Origin: Nannocystis bainbridge
Lineage (GTDB): Bacteria; Myxococcota_A; Polyangia; Nannocystales; Nannocystaceae
Direction: 5' to 3'
Length of the DNA: 64,000 bases
Assembly: GCF_028368995.1 (NCBI RefSeq)
Contig: NZ_JAQNDL010000001.1
Coordinates: 1,920,001-1,984,000 of the forward strand
Of the stretch, positions 31,602 through 40,137 are shown in pieces (the stretch's first letter is position 1; every line of letters starts with the position of its first letter). The position numbers and the translations under genes are program-made. Below the pieces are notes generated by a model, which saw only the letters and a program-made list of their open reading frames with translations, made no database searches and was not told the DNA's origin.

Positions 31602-34600
31602 CTAGAAACCGTCGCGGTCGGTCGCCTTCAGCAGCATCTGCAGCCCGCGCTGCGGCGCCCCGTTCAGCCCCTGCGGCATCTGCCGCAAGATCTCGACCGC
31701 CGCCGCGTACTGCCCGCGCGCCTCGTAGGCGTCGAGCAGCGCCCCGTTGCGATACGAGCGCATGCCCTTGCTGATCGCCATGAAGGCGCGGTGGGCCCCC
31801 GCCTGGTCGCCGAACTCGCTCATCACCTTGCTCACCTCCTCGAGCACCACGTCCGGGTAGCTCTCGGCGCGGGCCTGCTCGATCGCCTGGTCGAGCAGCG
31901 TCTTCGCCACGTCCGTCAGCCCGCCGCGGAACGCCAGCCCCGCCAGCTGCTGCACCGTGTGGCGCCGCTTCGGCAGCTCCTCGCGGGCCCGCGTGAACCA
32001 CTGCTGCCATTCGCCGTGCTTCGGGTCGAGCGCCGTCAGCACGCCCACGCGGGCCTCGAACCGCTCGCCCGCGTCGGTCGCCAGCTTCTCGAGCTTCTCC
32101 GCCACCTCGAGCCGATCCAGCGTCGCCGCCACGCCGGCCAGGTCGCGCAGGAACTCGCCCTCGCCCGCCTTGTGCAGCTTGGCCGCCGCCTTGACGATCT
32201 TCTCGAAGTGCGGCCGCGCCTGCTCCGGGGCCACGCGCGCCAGCGCCAGCAGGTGCGTCGCGCAGCTCGGGTGCTTCGGCGCCAGCTCGGCGGCGAGCGC
32301 CTTCTCGGCCCGCGCCGACTCGCCCGCGGCCGCCATCGCCGTCACCAGCCGCGACTGCGCCGCCGTCGTCGAAAGCCCCTCGCTCGCCGCGATCCACGCC
32401 TCCGCCTCGTCCCAGGCCTTGAGCGCGATGAGCCGCGCCAGCCCGCGGTCGAGCAGCGAGAACTCGCTGGCCGCCCCGCGCGCCTTCATCTTCTTCAGCA
32501 GGTGCTTCAGCTCGGCCACCGACGCGCGCGGGCAGATCGTCGAGAACGCCCGCGGTGTCTCCGTCCACGACGGCTCCTCCTTGCCGTCGGCCAGCACGTC
32601 GATCGCCTCGCGGATCCTGCCGACCGCCGTCAACGCCTCGGCGATCGGGCGCCGGTTCTCGCTCGCGTTGTTCTCCGGATCGGCGCCGGCGACCGCCGTC
32701 TCCAGCAGCGCCTCGCCGCGTTCGCGCTCGCCGAGCAGCACCCAGCCGGCGCCGATCATCGCCTGCGGCGGCGCCAGCGAGCGCTGCTTGGCCTCTTTCT
32801 TCTTCAGCAGCTTCTCTGCCTCGCCCAGCCAGCGGCGCAGCGTGCCCGTCTGCACGTCGGTCAGCGGCGGCCCGGCCGTGCGCCACGCCAGCGCCGCCAC
32901 CACCACCTCGCCGCGGGTCGACGCCGCGAACCACGGGTCCTCCCATGTCCACCAGCCATCGGCGCTGTCGACCGCCGCCGCCGCGCGCTCGAACATCCCC
33001 AGCACCATCGACCGCTCGGCCAGCTTCCGCCGGTAATCATTGCCGTGATAGCTCTCGCCGATCCCCTGGACCCCCTTCTCGACCAGCGCCGCCACGTCGT
33101 CGAGCGTGCCGCCCGGCGGCAGCTCCTTCGACTTGGCCGCGCGGACCGGCGCCGCCTTGCCCTTCTTGGCCCCGAACTTGCGCTTGAACCCCGCCGGCGC
33201 CGCCTTGTCGGTCGCTGCCGAAGCCGCGTCGGGCCACACCTTCGCCTCGCCCCAGCGCCACGGCCACGCCCACTTGCGGCCGACGACCCACGCGATCTTG
33301 GCGTCGACCTCCTCCACCGTCGCGCTCGCCTCCGGCGGCCCGATCACCACCCCTTCGGGCAGCGCCGCCGCCACCCGCTCGCCGTCGAGCGGGAACGCCG
33401 GGTTCCAATCCCACGACTCCCCGTAGTCCTCATCGCCGAACATCAACGGGCTCTCGCCGTCGGCCTCGACCGCCGGCAAGAACCGCCCGATCTCCGCCCC
33501 GTCGCGCTCGCGCAGGAACGCCAGCCCCTTCGACGTGTGGCTGACCAGCACCCCGTCGCCGTAGCTCACCCCACCGCTCGGCTCGGCGATGTCGAGCCGC
33601 AGCGTCGGCGTCTCGCCGAGGTCCCACAGCTGCAAGCGACCATTCACCGAGATCGCCGCCGCCTTGCCGTCAGGGCGCCACGCGAAATCGTACGAGCCTT
33701 GCTCGTCCTCGTCCTCGTCCTCCGCGGTCGCCAGCGCCGGCGCGTCCGGGCTGTAGCGGTAATTGCCCCCGTCGTAGATGAAGATCCCCGGCTCCGCGCC
33801 ATACGGATTGCCCGGCGCCACGATCGCCGCCAGGCGCGACCCGTCGCGCGAATAGAGCAGCGACGCCGCCCCCACGTGCATCGGCAGCTTGCCGTTCGGC
33901 TGCCCCGTGCTCGCGTCGTAATAGACGATCCCCGCCGGGTGCATCGCAAACTCGCTGCCGTCGGGCGAGAATGACACCGGTGAGTGGGCCTTCTGCTCCC
34001 ACAGCAGCTTGCCTGTCCGCGAGTCGAGCGCGAACAGCTGCGACCACCCGCTGTAGCCGATGATGCGATCGGAGTGCGACCAGTCGACCCCCTTCATCGG
34101 CTGCAGCCGCGGCTCCGAGTTCGGATCGCTCGGGTCGGACAGGCCCGCCGACTCGCACCACCGCGGCTTCGGGCTGCGCCCCGTCAGCGGCACGATCGCC
34201 CCCAGCGCCAGGTTCGGCCCCCAGCAGGCGATGTACACGTCGCGGCTGTTCGACGACCACGCCCACGACGGCGGCCGGCTCCACCCGTCGGTGACGTACG
34301 CGCATGAATCGGGCTGGCCGCTGGCCGCGAACGGATCGAAGCTGCCGACCCCGTTGGTGTCGAACGCCAGGCCGACGCGCTTGCCATCGGGTCGCCATTG
34401 CACGCAGTCGCCGTAGTCGGGCCAGCCGACGCCGCCGTGGATCCGCAGGATGTTCACGCAGCGACCGGCGCGCACGTCCCAGATCTGCAGCACCCCGCCG
34501 CGCTCGTAGTCGGCCCCGACCCACGACCCGGTGGCGAGGAAGCGCCCGTCGGCCGACAGCGCGCTCCACTCCGGCACGACGTCGTGCCCGTGCGCGTGCC

Positions 34601-35075
34601 CCAGCGTCGCCAGCTCCTGCACCCGCGCCGTCGCGGCCCGGTGCGCCGCCGTGATCCCGTGCGCCGCCTCGTGGGCGTACAGCGCCTCGCGCAGCGGCGG
34701 CAGGTCGCGGTCGGCCTCGAACGCATCCCACGGCAGCGCCTCGATCGCCTTCGCCAGCGCCGGCCCAGCCGCGTCCGCGTCGAGCCCCGCGAATTTCGAG
34801 ACCACCGTCGTCGCCGCGGCCGGCTTCGCCGCCGCGTCCTCGCCGGCCAGCACCGCCATCAATTCATCCTCGCCGAGCACCATGATCCCGAGCCGCCCGG
34901 CCGCGTCGATCTTGCTGCCCGCCTTCTCGCCGGCGAACAGGATGTGCGTCGTCTTGCCGACGCTGCTCCCGATCTTGGCCCCGAGCGCCGCCAGCTGCTT
35001 CTCCGCCTCGGCGCGCTTCAACTTCGAAAAAGTCCCCGTGAGGACGACGGTCTTGCCGCGGACTTCGATGGCCAT
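31602..35075 (-). CDS. BRCT + WD40-like propeller + helical-repeat protein
   Basis: BRCT GKTVVLTGTF..LKR.EA...L..LGAKIGSSV.K.T..LFAGEKAGSK; WD-like LSADGRFLATGS..LQIWDV, WRPDG repeats; TPR-like C-terminal half. Confidence 0.85.
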   Translation of the reverse strand: MAIEVRGKTVVLTGTFSKLKRAEAEKQLAALGAKIGSSVGKTTHILFAGEKAGSKIDAAGRLGIMVLGEDELMAVLAGEDAAAKPAAATTVVSKFAGLDADAAGPALAKAIEALPWDAFEADRDLPPLREALYAHEAAHGITAAHRAATARVQELATLGHAHGHDVVPEWSALSADGRFLATGSWVGADYERGGVLQIWDVRAGRCVNILRIHGGVGWPDYGDCVQWRPDGKRVGLAFDTNGVGSFDPFAASGQPDSCAYVTDGWSRPPSWAWSSNSRDVYIACWGPNLALGAIVPLTGRSPKPRWCESAGLSDPSDPNSEPRLQPMKGVDWSHSDRIIGYSGWSQLFALDSRTGKLLWEQKAHSPVSFSPDGSEFAMHPAGIVYYDASTGQPNGKLPMHVGAASLLYSRDGSRLAAIVAPGNPYGAEPGIFIYDGGNYRYSPDAPALATAEDEDEDEQGSYDFAWRPDGKAAAISVNGRLQLWDLGETPTLRLDIAEPSGGVSYGDGVLVSHTSKGLAFLRERDGAEIGRFLPAVEADGESPLMFGDEDYGESWDWNPAFPLDGERVAAALPEGVVIGPPEASATVEEVDAKIAWVVGRKWAWPWRWGEAKVWPDAASAATDKAAPAGFKRKFGAKKGKAAPVRAAKSKELPPGGTLDDVAALVEKGVQGIGESYHGNDYRRKLAERSMVLGMFERAAAAVDSADGWWTWEDPWFAASTRGEVVVAALAWRTAGPPLTDVQTGTLRRWLGEAEKLLKKKEAKQRSLAPPQAMIGAGWVLLGERERGEALLETAVAGADPENNASENRRPIAEALTAVGRIREAIDVLADGKEEPSWTETPRAFSTICPRASVAELKHLLKKMKARGAASEFSLLDRGLARLIALKAWDEAEAWIAASEGLSTTAAQSRLVTAMAAAGESARAEKALAAELAPKHPSCATHLLALARVAPEQARPHFEKIVKAAAKLHKAGEGEFLRDLAGVAATLDRLEVAEKLEKLATDAGERFEARVGVLTALDPKHGEWQQWFTRAREELPKRRHTVQQLAGLAFRGGLTDVAKTLLDQAIEQARAESYPDVVLEEVSKVMSEFGDQAGAHRAFMAISKGMRSYRNGALLDAYEARGQYAAAVEILRQMPQGLNGAPQRGLQMLLKATDRDGF

Positions 35076-35224
35076 CGCCTCCGGGTCTACCCGTTTTCGC
35101 GCCCTCGATCCATCACCGGAGGAACCCTGCTCGGCGCCAGGTCGCGCCCCTCGGTCTCGCTCGGGCGGATCCTCTGCCGCGCTGGCACCGATGCCGCCGC
35201 CATTGCCTGTCGTTGCAGGCTGCC

Positions 35225-35406
35225 GCTGCGGCCCGCGGTGCATCGCCCACGACTTCACGGGATTCATCCGCGTCGCCGCCATGACCCATGTCCGGATCTC
35301 GACCGGTTACCCACAGCCCAACGGCAAACTCGAACGCTGGCACGAGACCTACAAGTCCACTGCTTTGCGGCCCGCAGCACCCACGACGATCGAAAAGGCC
35401 CGCCGC
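35225..35406 (+). mobile_element. Degenerate IS3/IS481-type DDE integrase fragment
   Basis: Translates GPRCIAHDFTGFIRVAAMTHVRISTGYPQPNGKLERWHETYK, resembling the rve core (DNGPQF...P.YPQ.NGK.ER). Confidence 0.7.
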
Positions 35407-35460
35407 GGACGCGGCGGCGTCAAAACGCGACGACGCAGCGCACCGTGCCATACTCGAAAA

Positions 35461-36564
35461 ATGCCTCGCCTGCGCATTTGCGTCCTCGTCCTCGCCGCGT
35501 GTGGTCCGCTCTCCGGCGACGGCGGCACGGACACGACGGACACCGAGGAGGGCCCCGGCATGTGCGAGGTGCTGCCGGGCACGGCGATCCACACGGCGAC
35601 CTTCACCGACGCGACGACCCACCTGTACGCGCCGGATCAGCTGGTCGCCGACCAAGCGTTCGTGTACTTCGCCGACGGACGGGCGATCCACCGCGTGCCT
35701 CGCTGTGGCGGCCCGGCAGAGCTGTTGATCGCCGACGCGCGGCCGTTCAACGACGGCCTCGCGCTCGCCGATGGCACGCTCTTCTGGATCGCTGGCGACG
35801 ACGGCACGGTCGGCCCGCGGATCTTGAGCGCGCCGGCGGCTGGCGGCGCGCCGGTCGTGCTCGCCGAGTTCGCCGGTTACGCCCACCGGCTCCGCGTCGA
35901 CGGTGAGACGGTCGTGTGGAACACCGCGGTGTCCGGGTTCCCCGACGAGTCGCAGCTGCTCGCCGTCCCTGTCGACGGCGGCGAGACCCGGGTGCTCGCG
36001 CGTCACCGCCACGGCTGGGACTTCGACCTCGCCGACGGGGTCGTCTACGCCGCCGGCTACCTCCCGGAGTCCGACCCGGCCGCGAGCGACCGCCTGCTGT
36101 TCGCGCTGCCGGTCGCCGGGGGTCCGCCGAGCGTGCTGGTCGAAGGCTTCGGCGACGAGCGCCCGACCGGGGTCGAGGTCGGCGAGCACGTGTACTACTT
36201 CCGGACGCAGGGCACCGACCCCATGGCCATCGAGCGAGTCTCGCGGACCGGCGGCGCGCCGCGAGTCCTCGACCTCGGCGGCGCCGCGCTCCCGGGCGAG
36301 CTGCTCCACGCGGGCGGGCAGCTCTACGGGGTCCACGACAGCGGCGCCGTCGTGCGCATCACCGACGGCATGCCGCCCGACGTGCTCTGGACCGCCGACG
36401 CGATGGCCGTCGCGGGCCCGGTGTTCGGGGACGGCGGTGGGCTGTTCATCGCCGACTCCGCCGTCCGCTGCGTCGAGTGGTACACGGACCCATCGGGCGA
36501 ACCGCCGGGCATGAGCTGCGTGCGCGAGACGATCGACGTCCGGGTGCTCTCGCTCGGCCGCTAG
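35461..36564 (+). CDS. Beta-propeller lipoprotein (DUF5050-like)
   Basis: LAAC lipobox; repeated L.VD...VYW/F...I..VP..GG...L blades. Confidence 0.8.
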   Translation: MPRLRICVLVLAACGPLSGDGGTDTTDTEEGPGMCEVLPGTAIHTATFTDATTHLYAPDQLVADQAFVYFADGRAIHRVPRCGGPAELLIADARPFNDGLALADGTLFWIAGDDGTVGPRILSAPAAGGAPVVLAEFAGYAHRLRVDGETVVWNTAVSGFPDESQLLAVPVDGGETRVLARHRHGWDFDLADGVVYAAGYLPESDPAASDRLLFALPVAGGPPSVLVEGFGDERPTGVEVGEHVYYFRTQGTDPMAIERVSRTGGAPRVLDLGGAALPGELLHAGGQLYGVHDSGAVVRITDGMPPDVLWTADAMAVAGPVFGDGGGLFIADSAVRCVEWYTDPSGEPPGMSCVRETIDVRVLSLGR

Positions 36565-36585
36565 GCGGCCTGCCTGAGATAGATG

Positions 36586-36704
36586 CGCGGCCGAAGACGC
36601 GGGGCCTGGAGAGCTGGGTGACGGCGCGTCCGAAGACGCGGGGCCTGGAGAGCTGGGTGACGGCGCGTCCGAAGACGCGGGGCCTGGAGAGCTGGGTGAC
36701 GGCG
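36586..36704. repeat. 39-bp tandem repeat x3
   Basis: CCGAAGACGCGGGGCCTGGAGAGCTGGGTGACGGCGCGT at 36591, 36630, 36669. Confidence 0.9.
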
Positions 36705-37394
36705 GGCACGGAGCGGCGGAGCGGGTCCCTCGCCGCGGCGGGGCCCTCCCAGGCAACGTGCTCGGCGCCCTCGGGCTTCGATGGCGACCTGTCGCTTGGG
36801 ACAGGTTCGTGTGCACTTCGCGGACGATGGCGCCTGCGCGCGGTTGCCTGCGGCCGCTCCCACCTGCGTCCCACTCCGCCGCTCCGTGCCCGCCTGCGGA
36901 GGGCGTCGCCGGCCCCGCTTGTCGCCGCGCGGGTAGCCTCACCGAGCAGCGGCGGATGCGGCGCGACCGACTGCGAAAACAAATTTCGCAGGTTGTGAGC
37001 CATGCAGACGAGGCGCAACTAGCCACGCCTGCGGCCGACGCGAAGGACCCAACGCGTCCACGTCCGTGGCCCACGGCGGCCGCTGCCGACCCAATAGCCC
37101 GACACTCCGACGAATCCACGGACTCGTCGGAGTAAGCCAATCCTCGCCCTGGCGAGCGCCAGGGCGAGTTCCCCCCGATCCGTCGCGAACGGACCGCGGA
37201 GCTCTTGCGAATGCGCGGACCCGGATCCCGCATCGATTCACGACAGCCGCCACGCTGGCGACGATTCCTACCGCCGATGCACGACCACCGGTATGTAATC
37301 GACGATTCACGCCGACCGCCGACGCGCCGGTTCACGACAGCGCGACCGTCGATCCTCGGCCTCCGAACACGGCCTTCTGCGGCCGCGAGGCGCT

Positions 37395-37679
37395 TCAGTT
37401 CGCCGGACCGGCCTCGGCGCCCTCGCAGGGCACCGCCTCGACGTCGCCGGTCTCGTAGCAGACCCCCTCGACCTCGTCGTACACCATCTCGCGGACCGCC
37501 GACATCTGCTCGGCCTCGACCCCAGGGCATTCGACGCAGTTGTTGCAGACGGACGGCGGCTCCTCCCGCTGGCAGAGGGGCGCGTTGCAACAAATCGCCT
37601 TCGCGGTCTGCGAAGCCAGACCGACCCCGCCGAACGCCAGCACCACAGCCATCAGGGACCACATTTGAGTCAAACGCAT
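37395..37679 (-). CDS. Small secreted Cys-rich protein
   Basis: GGAGG RBS; signal peptide ending AKA; mature ICCNAPLC...CNNCVEC...C...C. Confidence 0.75.
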   Translation of the reverse strand: MRLTQMWSLMAVVLAFGGVGLASQTAKAICCNAPLCQREEPPSVCNNCVECPGVEAEQMSAVREMVYDEVEGVCYETGDVEAVPCEGAEAGPAN

Positions 37680-37796
37680 AGAAACCTCCAAAGTGTACCG
37701 CCGTCCCCGACCCATTCGAGCGACGCGGTCCTCATGAGATTCGCAGAATGCAGCGAGGAGTCAAGACCTGTTCGCGACCCGTTGCCTGCAAAATGC

Positions 37797-37938
37797 TTTT
37801 GAAATCACGCCAACAGGCGGCAGCGAGCGAAATCCGCGAGTTTTCAAATCACGCCATTGCGCCGAGCGAACGCCGCGATTTTTGAAATCACGCCACCACG
37901 ACGCCCCGATCGAAGCCCCGATTTTTGAAATCACGCCA
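37797..37938. repeat. Four copies of TTTT(G/C)AAATCACGCCA at ~42-bp spacing
   Basis: Copies at 37797, 37841, 37880, 37923; intervening sequences partly conserved. Confidence 0.85.
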
Positions 37939-38499
37939 TCACGCCGCCGCGAGCAAAAGCCGTGCTCCTCACGCATCCGCGGCCGAACGGCGAATCCGCC
38001 GACGGCACGCCGTTCCTCGCTCTCGGCGGTCGCACCGCGGCCTCGTCACCCCAACCGACGGCATTCGGACCTCCGCTTGCCTGAACCAAAATGCGCATTG
38101 AGAAGTACCCACATTCTCCCCTCGTCGACGCGTGTACGACCGCCGCCGACGGCTCGCACCCGGGAATCCTCTCAGGCTCATGCGCTCCACAGTTCGGCCC
38201 CCGCAAACTCACTGCATTGCCCACCCATATTTCGAAGTCTCGACCGAACACCCGCGACGACCGGCCTGGCTCTCGCGCCATGTCGCTTGCGCGACGCGGC
38301 TCCATTCTCCGCACGTTCGTTTTTGCGCCTTCACTAAAATTAACGACCCGACACCCTTAAGGACCCCCTCTTCCAACGAAGATATGCCCCATATCCCCGT
38401 TCTTGCGGCTCTACGTCCGCAAATCCGGCCTGGAGCCGAACTGGAGGTCGTTCAGTTTAACTTGCAAGGCATCTTTTTTAATGGATTCCTCCACGCAGC

Positions 38500-39681
38500 A
38501 TGTCCCCTCGCCTCGCCTCGTACGTCCCGCTCGCGGCCGCCCTCGGGCTGACCCTCGCGCCGCGCGGGGTCCTGGCCGCTCCTTGCGCGGATCTCCCGAA
38601 CCCCGTCATCGGCATCGGCGGCAGCGCCAGCAAGCCGCTGCTGGCCAAGGTCGCGGCCGCGCTGCACGCCATCGACGACCCGATCGACCTCGTCTACCAG
38701 AGCCCCGGCGCCTGCTTCGGCATCACCTACTTCGTCGACGGCACCAAGATCACCGGCACCGCCAACTACTGGGACGCTGACGGCGCCGAGCAGACCTGCG
38801 ACCTCGCCCTGACCGGCACCGAGCCCGATTTCGGCATGCTCGGCGTCAAGGGCACCCTGTGCGAGGGCGTCGACGCCATCCCCGACGGCATCGCCGAGTT
38901 CCCGGGCCCGATCACCTCGTGGAGCCTCATCGCCTCCAACAACTCGAGCCAGACCACCATCAGCGCCGCCGCGGTCTACTTCGTCTACGGCTTCGGCGCC
39001 GCGCTCGGCCAGGTCGCCCCGTGGACCGTCGACGCCGAGCTTTACAGCCGCAACGCCACCTCGGCCGCGCTGATCGCCATCGCCCTCGGCGCCGGCATCC
39101 CGCCGACAAAGTTCAAGGGCAACGACGTCGGCACCAACCAGGCCATGATCTCGGGCGTCGGCCAGTCGGTCAACCCCGAGGCCGCGCTCGGCTTCGTCAG
39201 CACCGAGGTCGCCGACCTCAACCGCGACACCGTCCACACGCTCGCCTACCAGGCCCGCGACCAGACCTGCGCCTACTGGCCCGATTCGACGGCCACCGGG
39301 TTCGACAAGCGCAACGTCCGCGACGGCCACTACGACCTGTGGAGCCCCTACAACTTCTACGCCCCGGTCGGCGGCGACGGCGTGATCACAAACCCCGAGA
39401 CCCGCCGCCTGGTCGGCTTCTTCACCGGCGAAGAGCCGCTGCCCGATGGCCTGCCGCTGCTCGACATCATCATCGACAACGGCACCATCCCGCAGTGCGC
39501 GATGCAGGTGTGGCGCGACGAGGAGATCGGGCCGCTCTACAGCCTCCAGCCCGACGCGCCGTGCGGCTGCTACTACGAGTCACGGGCCGCGGGCGGGACC
39601 GACTGCCACGCGTGCGCGGGCGACGGTGACTGCTCTGCCGACGCGCCGGTCTGCCGCCACGGTTACTGCGAGGTGATCTGA
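38500..39681 (+). CDS. Secreted PstS-like (type 2 periplasmic binding fold) protein, Cys-rich
   Basis: Signal peptide; GGSASKPL, RNATSAA, ALGFVS, RNVRDGHYDLWS; Cys-rich tail. Confidence 0.6.
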   Translation: MSPRLASYVPLAAALGLTLAPRGVLAAPCADLPNPVIGIGGSASKPLLAKVAAALHAIDDPIDLVYQSPGACFGITYFVDGTKITGTANYWDADGAEQTCDLALTGTEPDFGMLGVKGTLCEGVDAIPDGIAEFPGPITSWSLIASNNSSQTTISAAAVYFVYGFGAALGQVAPWTVDAELYSRNATSAALIAIALGAGIPPTKFKGNDVGTNQAMISGVGQSVNPEAALGFVSTEVADLNRDTVHTLAYQARDQTCAYWPDSTATGFDKRNVRDGHYDLWSPYNFYAPVGGDGVITNPETRRLVGFFTGEEPLPDGLPLLDIIIDNGTIPQCAMQVWRDEEIGPLYSLQPDAPCGCYYESRAAGGTDCHACAGDGDCSADAPVCRHGYCEVI

Positions 39682-39729
39682 CCCTTGCGACCTGTCCCTC
39701 GCGCCATCCGCCAAGCCTCCAGGAGCCCC

Positions 39730-40137
39730 ATGCCCATCGCCTCCCTCCCCGCCCGCGCCCTCGTCCTCGCGCTCGCCGTCGGCCTCGTCGGCGCCTGTTC
39801 GAACGAGCAGGTCCAGCCGCCCGGCGACGACACCGACGACCCCGCGACCTCGGCCACGCCGACCAGCAACACCACCGACCCCGGCACCACCACCGAGGAC
39901 CCGACCGGGACCTCGACCAGCGAGGGCTCGACCACCGACGAGCCGACCGACCCACCCACCAGCACCACCGGCGACCCCGCCGAGTGCGAGACCCCGGAAG
40001 GCTGCTGGAGCTGCCCGCCCACGACGCACAAGCAGCACCTGAGCGCGTGCTCCGACGCGACCTGTGAGCCCTTCCCCAACACGAAGGACCGCCTCCCGCT
40101 GCTCAAGGACGACGGGACGCTGCCGCCGCTGCCGTGA
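39730..40137 (+). CDS. Small Thr-rich lipoprotein
   Basis: AGGAG RBS; VGAC lipobox; C-terminal GCWSC..C..C PFPN..RLP. Confidence 0.75.
   Translation: MPIASLPARALVLALAVGLVGACSNEQVQPPGDDTDDPATSATPTSNTTDPGTTTEDPTGTSTSEGSTTDEPTDPPTSTTGDPAECETPEGCWSCPPTTHKQHLSACSDATCEPFPNTKDRLPLLKDDGTLPPLP

Noticed and set aside
34531-36564. 677-aa ORF as an integrase-propeller fusion
   Set aside because: Its 5' part overlaps the BRCT gene antisense; the true gene starts at 35461 with a lipoprotein signal and the integrase piece is a scar
36586-36704. Possible CRISPR
   Set aside because: Head-to-tail tandem units with no unique spacers
37797-37938. Possible mini-CRISPR array
   Set aside because: Repeat is only 16 bp, spacers are 23-28 bp and mutually similar, and no cas genes are in the window
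38330-38350. Pho-box-like CTTCACTAAAATTAAC upstream of the PstS-like operon
   Set aside because: Too degenerate to call without a species-specific matrix
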